A stretch of DNA of 64,000 nt from Tubulanus polymorphus. Taxonomy: Eukaryota > Animalia > Nemertea. The position numbers and the translations under genes were made by a program. Shown in pieces: positions 35,330-61,400 of the stretch. The stretch is from NCBI RefSeq assembly GCF_964204645.1, contig NC_134026.1, positions 31,158,150 to 31,222,149 on the forward strand, given 5' to 3'. A model generated the notes under the pieces. It was not told the origin of the DNA. It searched no databases and saw nothing but the letters and a program-made list of their open reading frames with translations. Position 1 is the first letter of the stretch. Each line of letters starts with the position of its first letter.

Positions 35330-38300
35330 TCAATGTTCTTCGTAACCATTCATTACAAGATTCCAGTCTCTTGTGATCTCCGGTGAACTGTAGTAACAAC
35401 TCTCACTGAGTACAGGGCACAAATCAGCTCTCTTACACCACCTATTAATACAAATATACACTATATTATATACCATGCAGTTACTTTATTCCGGAATATG
35501 AAGAGTGTATTGAAGTTGAATCGAACGCGCCAGAAGAAAATTCTGGAATCTGTAGAAACCGATCGAACCCTGCCTTAGTAGGAACAGATAATCCCGTTAG
35601 ACTTTACCTAATAGCAGCAGTAACATCAGTATCAGTAGCTTGATCCCAGGCGGCTTGTTCTAATAGTAACATCCCTAAAAACATAGAATACAAACCAGTA
35701 AATATCAACCCACTCTCGCCACAAAGGGGAAATTCTGTCCCTCCTTTCCCCCTTCCCTCCCGCATGTGTACGTACTGACCGATGTAAATTCTGGACAGAG
35801 TAAAAGAGAAATGTCTGGCAGCTGTTTGTAGTTGATGTTGATGATTCTCCGTAAATTTCATCACGTCGTTTAAAGCTGATCGTATTTTATTGACCGATTC
35901 GTATAAATCATCTCGATTTATTAAACTCAATCTGTTTTCAACATCGGCTACGAATTCTTTTAAAACTTGTCCGTTTGATTTCACTAACGATCGCAACACG
36001 TCCAACGATAAAATGTTAGTCGTTCCTTCCCAAATTGGTAAAACCTACAAAATACAACTTATTTTACACGTAAACAGCCTGGAACACCTGGACCCCTGCA
36101 ACCAATCACCAGTCTTACATCCAAGGTTTGTAGTTTCACCTAGTTAGTTACCTAATCGTTGGTGGTAAGATTTTTATAATCGGATGGGCTTATTCCAATG
36201 TGGTTTGTGAAAATATCCGATCGTGAAACTAAACCACAGACAGGTTACTGACTATGTCTTATTCAGTAACCTGTCTGTGGTTAATTTTCACATGTGATCG
36301 GATATTTTCACAAAAGCCAATCATCCAATTATAAAAGCTTCGCACCAACAATTATTTAACTAACTGCGTCTCACCTGTGAATCTCTCAGGAGTGACGGCA
36401 GTCCGGTATCTTCTATATAACCTTGACCTCCGAAACATTCTAAACCCTCTGATGTCACGGCAACAGCCTGAAATATTCACAAACTTCTGTAGAATCCCAA
36501 AAGATGATTATTGTAGTGACATAAGAAATACAAGCTGACTTTAGATGTTTACGATACCTGTTTAGCAGTGTATAGTTTAACTAATGGTGTTAATAATCTC
36601 AACATGTGTAACTCATGATCTGTCGATTGATTACAATCATTTAATCCTAATAATCTCACAACTTCCATAATATACAGAAAACAGCCGCGAGTTTCCAACT
36701 GCAACAAATAGGAATATTTTACATTCACAGAGTAGAGGTTCTAGTTATACGTAAAATATCAGGGCCCAGTTGTGCAAAAAAGTTTAACCCAAATTTTTGG
36801 TATTGGTTACTTCATGTTTTCAATAAAGACAACAATTCAAACTTAACCATTTCTGGCTTAAACTTTTTCGTGAAACTGGACCCTGGTAAGTGAAATTACA
36901 AAGACTACAACAGTTTTTACCTCAATTGCTGCTAATGTTTGTACGTGTAAAGGATAATCACAGATTGTTTTTCCAAACGCTTGACGTTTAGTACTGTAAT
37001 CACGAGCGAACTGTATCACCCTGGAAATACAATTAAATGTTTCATTCGAGAGAGAAATGAGACGCAGGGGGAGGAGAGCTAGGAAATCAAGGCCCAAATG
37101 AAGAAGAAGAACATTTCTCTGATAAAAAGAACCACCCTGAATTCCCAAAGCGGGTATCCCCCTCGGACGGTGCTAGACAGTTGTTGAATAAATACATGTG
37201 AAAAGATTGTGAGAGGATGAGCGTCAGATTTACAGAATTTTACAATTTCTGTGGCACCGTCAATTATAGCAAGTGTAAGAAATGAACTTTTAATTTCAGG
37301 GAGTGTCAAGTATGCAGTATTAAACGAAATGGCAACTACATCTGGGAGATAGGGGTCGAAGGCTGGAGAGGAGAGGAGAGGGCAGAGAGAGAGAGGAGAG
37401 AGAGCAGTGAGAGGAGAGACCAGAGAGAGAGAAGAGAGGAGGGAGAGGAGAGAGAAGAGAGAGGAGAGAGAGCAGTGAGAGAGAGGAGAGAGAGACCAGA
37501 GAGAGAGGAGGGGAGGGAGAGGAGAGAGTGGAGAGAGAGAAGAGAGGAGGGAGAGGAGAGAGAGAGAAGAGAGAGGAGAGAGAGAGAGGAGAGAGAGACC
37601 AGAGAGAGAGGAGAGAGAGAAGAGAGAGAAGAGAGGAGGGAGAGGAGAGAGATGGATGGCATGAATACCTTCTCATAGCTGATACAGAACTCAGTGCATT
37701 ATGAATCCTAGTGATAGTTAACATGGTAGAAATATCCGCGACCCCTCGACCCTCATCTGACACCTGTAAATAACAAAATTAACGCAATTGCTACGAATAC
37801 AAAAATTTGAAAATAATTTAGTTGAAACGCATGAAGATAATAAATTTTACAGCTTTTTGAGCATTTTCTTTTCTTACATGAAGACAGATGGTTGATTTAT
37901 ATAGGAAATGAATCAAACATGTAAATAGGATTTCACTACTTATGCATAGAGTAGCTTCATCGGGTAAATAAGTAAACTGAAGTCAGTGATATTCATTTCC
38001 CAGCTCACGCTCAGCATTCTCTGTTGTTCCTTCAATAAATTATTTACCAAATGAAGTTCATGAATTACTAGTGAAAGCTAGTAATTCCTGGACGAATTAA
38101 CGTATAAAGTACAAGTTGTTTTCTCATTCATCATGGCTGCTCTATAACTGTTTTTGTACATGAAAACATTTCACTTTTAATTACTAACAATATTTTGATA
38201 TAACCGGGTACACGGTAGACAAACTGACCCTGATTGCTTTTGCTCCTTCCAGTAATAATTCTGCCGTCGGTAATTGCCGAGTCCCGAGTTTATTTTTCAG

Positions 38301-40811
38301 TTTCTGAATTTCGATCCCGTTTAAATTTCCATTCTCAGAATCAAGAGTTTCCAAATAGAACATCGTTAACCCTTTAGATCCCTAAAACAGAAACACGTAT
38401 ATCATCTTGAGTTTCAGATTTTGAAAATATCGAATTCGAGGAGATGAAAAAGGAAGACTAACTTGAATCGGTTGTCCTTGATCGTTTAAAATTCGCGCCA
38501 AGGTAAAGGTCATGTCCGAGTCAGTCGCAGACGTGAACCATTTGAACCCGTACAATCTATAAATTCCATCTCCCGCGGCAACAGCAACAGTTTCAGTTCC
38601 GTTTCCTGTTACGAATATTGAATTCATCGTATCATATGATCGATTGATCCCCTAAGCTCCTCCCATTTGTCACTCACCGACATCTGATCCGCCTTTACGC
38701 TCTGTCATCCATTGTCCAGATGTCCAAAATTCCTGCTTATCACGACTGGTCAATCGTTTATAAGCGCTTTCTAATCGACCGTTATTTTTAACATCCTTAG
38801 AAAAAAATAAAATACCAGCGAAAATAAGAATCTTCAGTCAGTGAAACCTAGATCGATGAATGAAAGTATATATAATATTTACACATACACAAAGATCGAA
38901 ACACAACAAAGCAATTTATACTATTTACCAGAGGGATCTCATCTAATCCAATTGGAATGAGGATTTTGCCAATAGAGGAGTTGGAATCTTTAGGATTCAA
39001 AGTTTCATATTTTAAAATTGAGATAGATTGATTACCTGAAGGATCTTAGAAGCGCCATCTGTCATCGCTAATGGACAACTGAATAAACCGGACGATGGTG
39101 AAAACAGATAGAGTTTAACGGCTTGATAAACACGGCTAAAATATACAAACACAATACATTCAATCATACAGTTGACTAGTCAATAACCTAACTGTGGTTT
39201 AGTTTCACGATCGGATATTTTCACAAACCACATGTTATAAGCCCATCCGATTATAAAAATCTTACCACCAACTATTAGGTAAATAACTAACAGTTGTCAA
39301 GCCCAAACACTGCTCTTCAATCATACAGTTTTTATCGTTGAGCCCAAACATTGCTCTATCAGGTAACATGGACAAAAACAAAGACACTTGCTTTACGATT
39401 GTTCAGACTTCATCGAACAGGGACTCACTTTTCCACTGGTCTCTATAACAATTACTGGTAGTGAACAAACCGCGGCCATCTTGGATTCTAATCAGATCAC
39501 ACATCAACATTTCAGAAATTCCAGTTGCAAACTACTTCTACAAGTGCAATTTGGTCAAAATCCAATATGGCCGCTATAAAGAGAATTAGAAGTATATGTG
39601 TCACCTGTATTGGGCGTACTGTCTGTGATAAGCTATATTTATCAAACCCTCCTCAGCAGATATTGATTTCATCGACTTCCACGCGTCACATGTTATAATC
39701 TGATCGATACGTCTGCCCCACGCGTCGTACTGTTTTAAATACGGCTCATTCTTCTCACATTGTAAATGTAAATCGTAGATATCCGTAGCAACGCGATTTC
39801 CAAACCGTTTTAAATCGGGAAATATTGAATGTTGAACCTGCAACAATAGACGAACACTTAATCAAACACAGGACGTGTCAGTAGGAAAGGATGGGACCAC
39901 GAGATTTAATAGGGCTTTGTAAATAATAAAATAATTATCAAACGCATTCTATAGAAACAGGTGAAGACTTGCGCGAGTCAGAACAAAGTGTTCACACTGG
40001 TCTGTTAACTGTGAGGGAGAGAGAGGGAGAGAGGGAACTGTGAGGGAGAGAGATGGAGGAGAGAGGGAACTGTGAGGGAGAGAGATGGAGGAGAGAGGGA
40101 ACTGTGAGTGAGAGAGGGAACTGTGAGGGAGAGAGATGGAGGAGAGAGGGAACTGTGAGGGAGAGAGATGGAGGAGAGAGGGAACTGTGAGGGAGAGAGA
40201 TGGAGGAGAGAGGGAAATGTGAGGGAGAGAGATGGAGAGAGGGAACTGTCAGGGAGAGAGAGAGGGAACTGTCAGGGAGAGAGGGAACTGTCAGGGAGAG
40301 AGATGGAGGAGAGAGGGAAATGTGAGGGAGAGAGATGGAGAGAGGGAACTGTCAGGGAGAGAGGGAACTGTCAGGGAGAGAGGGAACTGTCAGGGAGAGA
40401 GATGGAGGAGAGAAGGAAATGTGATGGAGAGAGATGGAGAGAGGGAACTGTCAGGGGGAGACTAGAGAAGGAGACTGGGAGATGGAGAGAGGCCAGGGAG
40501 GAGTGCGGAAGCATTTTTAAGAATATGTAGATAGAACATGTTTGAATTCTAACCTCTATTGGTAAAACACGTTGTAGATATCTAACTAACAGATAATCAG
40601 TAGTGAACTGATTTGACAACGTCGGCTCCGGCTGCAAAAAATCTCCTGTTTTGGTTTTAGCAAATTTTGTTTTAGAACTCAGATTTTCTGATTGACTTGA
40701 ACGGATCGAGTCCCGTGAGAACCTCCTCAATGAGTAGCTCAATGAGTACCCTTGTGAGGGTTTTATCAGTCTTTTCAAATCGTATCCCCTGAATCTAGAA
40801 AATAAATACAT
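35330..40811 (-). CDS. Acyl-CoA dehydrogenase of the AidB/ACDH-11 type (often annotated ACAD family member 11-like), 12 coding exons
   Basis: ATG at 40811 and stop at 35330. Spliced motifs include [79 protein letters not shown] and [16 protein letters not shown]. Introns are GT-AG. The Arg/Ser-rich N-terminus resembles a mitochondrial presequence. AATAAA lies on the minus strand at about 34766. Confidence 0.93.
36141..36365. mobile_element. Intronic foldback made of two inverted copies of a dispersed repeat of about 113 bp. Solo copies lie at about 39175-39290 (reverse) and 55889-56003, with a fragment at 56349-56374
   Basis: TAGTTAGTTACCTAATCGTTGGTGGTAAG...AAACCACAGACAGGTTACTGACTA followed by CAGTAACCTGTCTGTGGTT...TAACTAACT. 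Confidence 0.8.
36760..36885. mobile_element. Short MITE family, with related copies at about 59405-59540 and 54890-54985
   Basis: CAGTT...AAAAAGTTTAAC...GGTTACTTCATGTTTTCAAT...AATTCAAACTTAACC...AACTTTTT...GAAACTG shared between the copies. Confidence 0.65.
37365..37652. repeat. GA/CT low-complexity intronic tract
   Basis: Purine-only run inside the ACAD intron. Confidence 0.9.
40007..40500. repeat. GA-rich minisatellite in ACAD intron 1
   Basis: GGGAACTGT(G/C)AGGGAGAGAGATGGAGGAGAGA units. Confidence 0.9.
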
Positions 40812-41241
40812 GTTATTCGACTTTGATTTGAGCGCAATAAAATTTAATTTATTTCCGGGTCCATTCGATATTGAAGTCGCGCGATCGAGTCGTAACCTTA
40901 AAAGTCTGGATCCGCGTTTTACCAATTCAATTCAATAAATCATCCTGAACCTCGATTTAATCTTAACCACTTGTCCCATTTTTCTAAGTCCAATAAAGAA
41001 AGTGACTTTTTGTCGACGGAATAAACGTTCATTGCTGCAATACACAATATTTCATTGTAATTTATTTACTAATTATTGAATTCTGTTAATTACATCAAAA
41101 ATAATCAATAATATTGATTATTTATAGATCTATGAAGAGCTGCGTGTTTAAAATATAACGATCAATTCAATTCAAATCAAATGTTTTCAGAGCAAGTAAG
41201 TAAAAATATGTTTGGTTGTATTTTCGAAGGACGGCAGAAAA
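40812..41241. promoter_or_regulatory. Shared bidirectional promoter region between the ACAD and SPT6 genes
   Basis: Only 430 bp separate the two divergent start codons. Confidence 0.7.
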
Positions 41242-54523
<13,282 letters not shown>

Positions 54524-55420
54524 TCGTATTTTTCGTGTAAATGTTTCTTATTTCTTTTATAAATGAATAGATTTTGATGGATGAATTATGTGTAATTAGA
54601 ACCCAATGAGGGAGAGATCTGCATTTACTTTAAATCCTTCCTTGCTTTGTAGTAATTTGCTCCTTGTTCTGTCAGTAATCCCGTAGACCGCCATCTGGTG
54701 GACTAATTCATTCTACTCATAGATGGCGCCGCTATAGTTTCATCTATTTATATTGATATTAAATATTATATTTATGGCTTTTGTGTCTTGTACATGAATA
54801 TGCTAGAAGTATTCAGAAAATAAAGTCGCAAGTCAGAAGAATTTTCTTATGTTGTTCTTTTAGCCTCGGGACACTAGAGTATAGAGTCTAGTTTCATGAA
54901 ATATTCATTTCGTTGCTTTGGTTACTTCAATATAAGTACAACAATACCATTCTGAGGTTAAATTATTTCACGCGAAACTGAACTCAAGAGGATAAGTTGT
55001 CACCAGCACCGTACTCCTCACCAGCATCAAATTCAAAGAATGATAATAATAGATTGATAGCTGAAGAGTTTATTTTACTAAAATACATTTATTATGAAAA
55101 TATATCTACAAATCTATTGATACAATAAAATATCATACCTATACTGGTACATAGTTTATAGGACGGGTTGAGCTCTGACTGACTGACTGACTGACACTAT
55201 ATTCTCCTTTTCTACTCAAAGAGTATTTCTTTACAGATCAGATTTATCCTGACCCATTGAATTATAAGATATTCTTATAAGGTTTCTTATCAAGAGGTTC
55301 CTTGTGCCACTCTTAACTAGCGACAACAACTAGACACCCGCAATTCAAATTTCGATGTTTCCTTGTCGAGGATGTTGTCTGATCTGTAAGAACTCTGTTT
55401 ACAGTAAACTACTAACAAAA

Positions 55421-58400
55421 CTATGGTTCGAGATGTTTCCAGGGGAAACAAACAAATATATAAAACCAGATAAATAAAAATGTTAATAATAAACCCATGG
55501 CGAGGGTGTATTCTCGTGAGTCGCCCTGAAACTCGGGGAGTAGCGGGAACAGTACATGTTCATCACAAACATCCCACCAGCAAATACCAGCTCTACGCAT
55601 TACTGTATGATTCCTGTAAAACAAATACAAGTAGGTATCAGTAATCTGCAGCTTATCAGAAAAACAGCATCTGATTATCTTTGTGTCTGGTCTGGGGTAT
55701 TGGTAGTCGTTGTTATGGGTTCCTCAGTAACGGCTGTTTCGGGAACAGTGGCTAGGTACTAGACTAGGGTGAGGGATACAGGCAGCAGATTGTCTGAGGG
55801 CTGTCTGAATACCAGACGTTGTTACAGTGGCTAGTAACTAGACTAGCCTGAGGAGGTGCAGGCCACAGGCAGCAGATTGTCTGAGGATAGTTAGTTACCT
55901 AATCGTTGGTGGTAAGCTTTTTATAATCGGATGGGCTTATACCAAGAAGTGGTTTGTGAAAATATCCGATCATGAAACTAAACCACAGACAGGTTACTGA
56001 CTAGTCTGAGGGGTAGTATGAATAGCGGACATTGTTACAGTCTCCTACAGTGCAGGATACAGTGAGCAGATTGTCTGTATGAATAGCAGATGTTATTACG
56101 GTCCCTTAGTCCAGGGGTGCAGGCCACAGACAGACGATGAATTAATACTCACTGTGTCGGAGGGTAAGGAATCAATCCATTCACTTTAATAAATTGGACC
56201 GTTGATGTCAATTGAAACGGTTCAATTTGTTGACTGTTTGGTAAACATCGTTTAGACTCTGTTCCACTACAACTCAAATCTATCGATGATATTGTGTAAC
56301 TGAAAATAGAAACCAATGTGAAACATGATTAATTAAAACAACAAAATACTAAACCACAGACAGGTTACTGACTATCAGCTCCACAATCTCTCAGCCACTC
56401 TAGCCCTCAGCTTTACAAACTTAGTATAATCATTATAAGGGATCAAGTGTCTTCACTATCATATCCTCTATTGATCTTCATGTTTACAAATATTTCACTA
56501 GCCATGGGTATATGTGAAAAGCCTTCTGTGATTGGCTGTTGATGTCAATTACTAAACTGATTGATATCTAGGGTCACCACCAGATGGAGCTAATCCTAAC
56601 CCTAGTGGCTGACTAGACAGGTGGTCATGTGACTGGTCACCTGTCACTCACAGCTAGGGTTAGGGTTACTGGAATTCCCACCAGATGGAGTTAACCCTAA
56701 CCCTAGCTTCTGATTGGCTGACTAGACATGTCACAGGTGGTCATGTGTACATGTCACATGTAGGTGAGTGATATGATTGGTTTAGGTTGAGGTGTGACAT
56801 TTGTTCACATGTTTGCAATAAAAACAATTTATCAGAAACATAGGAAAATTACAAATAGTACATCAGGTCCAATACTCTGAATAATGAGTGAGATATTTAT
56901 CACTAGCTATGGCTATTCACTAGATCATATTGTCTGAAGTACATTTGGTTCGTAGGACTGATAGTGAAATCCCAACCCCTCCGTGATATTGACTCCCATC
57001 AGCTCAAAACATCTCTGTTCAAGCTCCCTCGATAGTAATTCTATTATTTTCAAAGCCCTACACACACAAGCCCTACACTAATCAAGGATTGTTGATCCCC
57101 TTATCGACATCATCTCTTCAATATAACTTACTTGATATAAGCGCCCATAATTCTGTAAATAGATTTTCCTTTAATTTCTCCAGTTTGACTGTATATCACT
57201 TGCAGGTTTATTCCCGTGGTTATATTTTCACATTGACCCTTTATCACGTCGTAAGGCTCGTAAAAAGCGCGCTGTCCCGGATCTACAGTGGTGCTAATAG
57301 GTGGCGCAGTAGTAGCGTTAGTAGAAGCAGACGTAGGTCGAATGTAATTGATAATGTTTTCCCTGAAAAATAAAACACATAACAGATTTGTAAAGTATTT
57401 GGTGAATTGTTAACTAATTTCATGTATTTTATGTACAAAGCAAGAAGTGAACAATTCTCTCTTCCTCCTCTCTCTCCCCTTCACCCTCCTCCTCCCCTCA
57501 CCCTCCCCTTCATCCTCTCCACCTCCTCATGCATGAGTATCAGTGACCCCTTACCTTATAATTGGAATCCAGGCGTCCGTTTTAGTTAAATCGGGATTTC
57601 CGATCGGTGCTATAAAATCAGCGGGCATCGCAGCGTTTAAATTAGCCAGAATCAGCTCCCTAAAACAAAACCACGTATTGAGTTTTGAAAACAATTATCG
57701 CGGAAAATATAGAATTCTCAAATATCTTACTTTAAATATTGGCAGTCGTTAAAATCTGAGAGTTTCAGATTGATAAAACACGCGCTGGAGACATCGATAG
57801 CGAACGGAACCTCGGTGAGACGAGAGTTTGAACATAATCCGTCTGCTGTCGGGAGGAATATATTCACTGATCGTGAAGCGTCGATACGTGTTAAACTGTT
57901 CTGATTGTTGTAAACTCCGACACCAGCAATCAGCGGTTTATCAATATCATAACCTACAAAATATCATCAGAGTAAACAAAACAGTTTTAAATTCAACAGT
58001 GGATTGAACACATGGGTAATTGTTTTTCAGGGGTACTGGGTACTTCAGAACTTCCATAAGACCCTCATGATTTGATGAGTACCCTATAAAGTATTTATCA
58101 CTTTATGTCAGGAAGGCAACGTTGTGGAAGAAAGTAATCTGTGAAGGGATCTCGTTTTTCTGCAAAACTAAGGCACAATTTGGTTAAAAGATTGTGGACA
58201 TTTTTTTCCTATCAGACAAACTGCCAGAATCAACAATTTCTATTGAAATATCTGGTAAAACAGACAGATTTAGGACTGTTTATAAAATAATAACCTGAAT
58301 TTCCTGAAAACGGTTGATACAGATTCGCTGAAACCTGAGTTTTACCGCGAGGTTTAAATTCTGTTTTATATTTCTGATTCAGTATCGTCGAAAACGTAAT

Positions 58401-61400
58401 TGTATTCGTGCTCGTCGTTGTCTTGGTAACGTTCAGTTCTGTTGTGTTGCCCGATATTGTTTTGTTTTCTAGAACGGTAAAAACGGTTTGTATTGTCTCA
58501 TTAATAGTTGTTTCCACGGGAACGTCAGCTAACACGTAACGCGCAGTGAGTTTAGTAAGAGTCGAACCGGACCACTGAAATTGATAATTGACATCGATCA
58601 CAGAGTTCCTGCAGACGTTATTGATTGAATCCCAGACGGGTTCCGGGGGCTCCGTTAATCCATCATCAAAACTACATCTAGCGGGAAGAGTATTCGGCAC
58701 CGGTCTCGATAGCTGCTCCACACCACCTTGACACACAAATTTCTGCCCTCGGAACGAACACCCGGTCACATTATTTAAACCTTTAAATAGTGAATGTTTT
58801 AAAGGTTGTTTGGCGGAGGAGGCGCCCGTGTTGATGATATACGAGTTTAAATCAGTCGCGCAGTAGTAACTGGCGTCGACAGTAAGCGGCGTTAATCCGT
58901 TATACGTAGTAGAGATTCTAACCGGTGTCGAGCAGGGGCGTTTATTCGTACCCATCGCGTACATCCTCGCGTTTAAACGAGATCCCCGATTCTCGCAGAG
59001 AAGTTTCGAGATCTCCGTTTGACAATTCGATGATTTATCGATCAAATAACGAACGGGCGATTCGGTTAAACATTCCCTTGATAGGTAGCGCTGCGGTAGA
59101 GATAGTGAACCGCGATATTTTACGATTCCGTCGGAATAAATCACAGTTGTTAATTCAGAACCGTATTTAAAATCGACACCAGAAACCGGTGGTTCTTTGA
59201 TAAACGATGATTCACTGAAAATAGAATAAATGAAGAAGTAATAAATTGAAATCAAAAAGTTGATTGATTTTACGTGGAATTTTTCATTTATACGCCCTCC
59301 GACCCTCAAGGAACCAGTTCCACAGTTCTGAGATAAATTAGAGTATAGGCATCAAAAATGATTTGGGGCCAGTTGCTAAAAAGTTGGTTAAAGTTAAAGT
59401 AACCAGGGTTCAGTTTGACAAAAAAGTTTAACTGAAATTATTGGTGTTATTGCTAGTGGTTACTTCATGTTTTCAATGAAGTAAAACCAATTCAAACTTA
59501 ACCGATTTAGGCTTTAACTTTTTCATGAAATTGACTCCTAGGCTCGGTTCCGCTGTTGCGAGTTTGAGTTAACTCCTCAGAGTTACAATCAGTTTATTTT
59601 CAATGTTTTACGGTAACTCTGGAGTCAAATTTAACTCAGAACTGTGTAACTGGAACTCAATGTTGTATTTAGCAGGTAGTAATAGTATAAAGCACATACC
59701 GCCAGTTCGATTCATTGATTGATGTTAGTTTCGTCGTAATATCTGCTTGTGTTGATATTTTATTCTGCGGTAGATGATAATATCCCAACCAAGCGTTAGT
59801 CTCTCTCCAGACGCACATGAATCTATCGTATTGTTCTGCGTCGTAACGATCGTTCGCTTCACATTTATGATCGGGAATCGAATCCTGTTTAGTGCCTCCG
59901 TAAATTCCGGTAAAACAGTGAAACGTTGAATTATCGTCACCAGTACAACTCTATATCAAATATACAAATTACACAAACACCTCTTATCACAAAAGCTTCT
60001 TCCTTAGAACCTAATTTTCTAGTTCAGTACCGGTAAGTAAAGAGAACCTCTCTAAAGTGAACAGAGAACAATTTTTTCTGGTGCCAAATGAACCTTGACC
60101 CGTCTATAGAAAACAGCGTCCATGTACCAGTTAGTCTGGAGAGTCAAAATGTCTTTACTTTAATAGCGGTGATTATCATTGTAAACTATTCATGGCTGAT
60201 TTACTGTGTAATTCTGGATAATTCTATTGAATAGCGATGTATGTATTTTACTTAATGAGGAATCTTCAGATCATTGACTTGAGTGACTACGGGGTGATCC
60301 CCTCTCTCCCTCCCCTCCCCCTCCCCTTCACCCTCCTCCCTTTCAACCTCCCCCCTCCTCCCCTTCGCACAACACTTACTCGGTCACAACAACAATTATT
60401 ATCACATTGATTCACTGTTAAATCACAAGTACACGGTGATACTTCAACAAACGCGGGATTCTGTAAGACTGTTTCCTTCACTGTTACACCAGATTCTATA
60501 AAAAACATAGATATAAACCTTGTCGCACTTACAGAGACTCAGTTACATAGTTGTGAGTTAACTAAGAGTTAGAATCTCGGTCAAATATCTACTTGCAACT
60601 ACGTAACTGAATCCTGGCTTCAGTTGCACAGATGAGAGTTAAATTAGTTCATTTTCGATGTTTTAACTCTAAGTTAAATCTTAACTCATAACTGTGGAAC
60701 TGGATTCAGTTCCACAGTTGTGAGTTGTCACTCTTAAATGATTTTCGATGAATTAACTCTGAGTGGAATCACATCATACATCATATGTTTTAATACTGAC
60801 CTGGCGAAGCCGTGAAATTAATCGGTTTCTCTGGATACAGATTCGCCGCTATGATCATCGTTGCCGTGACGTTCTGATATTTAGGATTTTGATTGTTGTC
60901 GGACGGCGAACAGCAGACGACTGTTAATAATTCACTAACGCGAGCTGACGGAGCTCGTTGAGATCTCGATATCGATATCAGTTTATAACTCTCACCATCC
61001 TACCATTAAATATCAAATGAATACTTTTAGGGAGCATCTCAAAATATGAATCTTTTATAAGATAATCTATGAAATGGTCCCTAATGATGGCTATTTCTGA
61101 AGATGGAGGGATGTACGTGTTGAATACTCACAGCAGCGATGAATGTCATCGAACTCGGGGTTAAAGACCACGATGAATTGGAAGCCGTTGTTGTAGATTG
61201 AGTTGTTAAAACTGGACCAGCTGAAAATATAAAACATTCAACTGATTTAATCCATGAATTCATTCATCCAGACGATCAGCACCTCCTGATCCCAACAAGA
61301 CAAACATTCAGCCTCCATCGCCTCCAGACGATCAGCACCTCCTGATCCCAACAAGACAAACATCCAGCCTGCTCCAAGTTCATACAGTAAAAGAGTTTGT

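Noticed and set aside
35330-40811. Recent horizontal transfer of bacterial aidB
   Set aside because: The gene has 11 ordinary spliceosomal introns and host-like composition, and the subfamily is already known in animals.
56570-56710. Interstitial telomere (TTAGGG/CCCTAA)
   Set aside because: Only two or three units per patch, in both orientations within a small duplicated intronic repeat.
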